Positions 63,296-64,000 of a stretch of 64,000 nucleotides of DNA are shown here, one piece after another; position 1 is the stretch's first letter, and each line of letters opens with the position of its first letter. Under the pieces are notes generated by a model. The model ran no database searches. It had not been told where the DNA came from and saw only the letters and a program-made list of their open reading frames with translations. The stretch is from Laetmonice hystrix (Eukaryota), in NCBI GenBank assembly GCA_965235115.1, contig OZ249436.1, forward strand, positions 31,436,001 to 31,500,000. The letters are read 5' to 3'. A program made the translations under genes and the position numbers.

Positions 63296-64000
63296 TGCTC
63301 GCTTGTCCGCCATGTTGTTTTTCTGTACTACTTCACGCATGTGCAAATGGAACCGGCCGGTGAACATACGGCTCTGGTTCTTTCATAGACTATAAGCCGA
63401 TATATTATGACCTCCTCACCGACGTCGCTTTCCAGTCTTTACAGAGGAGTTACAGCGACGGATAAAGGAAGTGACAATTAAAGAGCCCAACCCGACAGTT
63501 TGGCGTATACAATGCCGATCAAATACTTCCACTTTGTGTCTTTTCTACAATATGCAACATACCGCTTTCAGCTCTCTAATGCATTCCGGAAATCGTTTAA
63601 ATAGATTTTAAGAAAGAGTGACAGACATTAAACTGTCTGAGGATCCCTGTATGAATGGATATATGTCAAACACCGATCAGTAACAGACGCCTTCGTACAT
63701 GTCAGAGAATGCTGTAATAATCTCATGAAATAGACTTAGTAGCCTATACTTCAACATGCTGGGACAAATGCAAACAAAGCACGTGTCAAATAAAAGACTC
63801 GATTGATTTGATACACTAGGCACGTAACAGACCAATCTCATACAATCCACAATTGCTACATTTTGACGATATATCACTTGAGGCCAATGGCGAGGTGGGA
63901 CGGAAGGACGTTTTTAATACCTTCACGATATCCGCAGGGGTCTGTCAGGGAACGACCAGTCGGGCTGGTGACGCAGGGCGGAGGTGGGGGGGGGGGGGGG

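Overview
Eukaryotic (metazoan invertebrate, plausibly lophotrochozoan; inferred, not proven) genomic DNA with GT-AG spliced genes in a dense landscape of non-autonomous DNA transposons. Three protein-coding genes were rebuilt by hand from splice sites and reading phase. (1) A complete 13-exon USP22/Ubp8/nonstop deubiquitinase on the minus strand (8657-19217, 504 aa). (2) A complete 7-exon BOLA1-like gene on the plus strand (22346-27033, 139 aa), head-to-head with USP22. (3) An unrecognised minus-strand gene: two exons (52609-52902 and 32126-32328) 20.3 kb apart join in phase and encode two ungapped copies of a ~60-aa helical repeat ending in YExSK-x5-RY-x2-LKxMIK. Its start exon was not located, and CRE/ATF motif clusters lie upstream (56.8-59.1 kb). 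Mobile DNA includes TTAA Kolobok-like elements (one head-to-tail pair), hAT-like MITEs with 5-, 6- and 8-bp target duplications, Tc1/mariner-, piggyBac- and PIF/Harbinger-like MITEs, and two CACTG (EnSpm/CMC-like) elements, one 5 kb with a spliced relic gene. There are also 9-bp-TSD AcademH-like elements, including a 2-kb copy and its 60-bp deletion derivative. No CRISPR array, rRNA or convincing tRNA gene was seen. Most ORFs in the supplied track are spurious.
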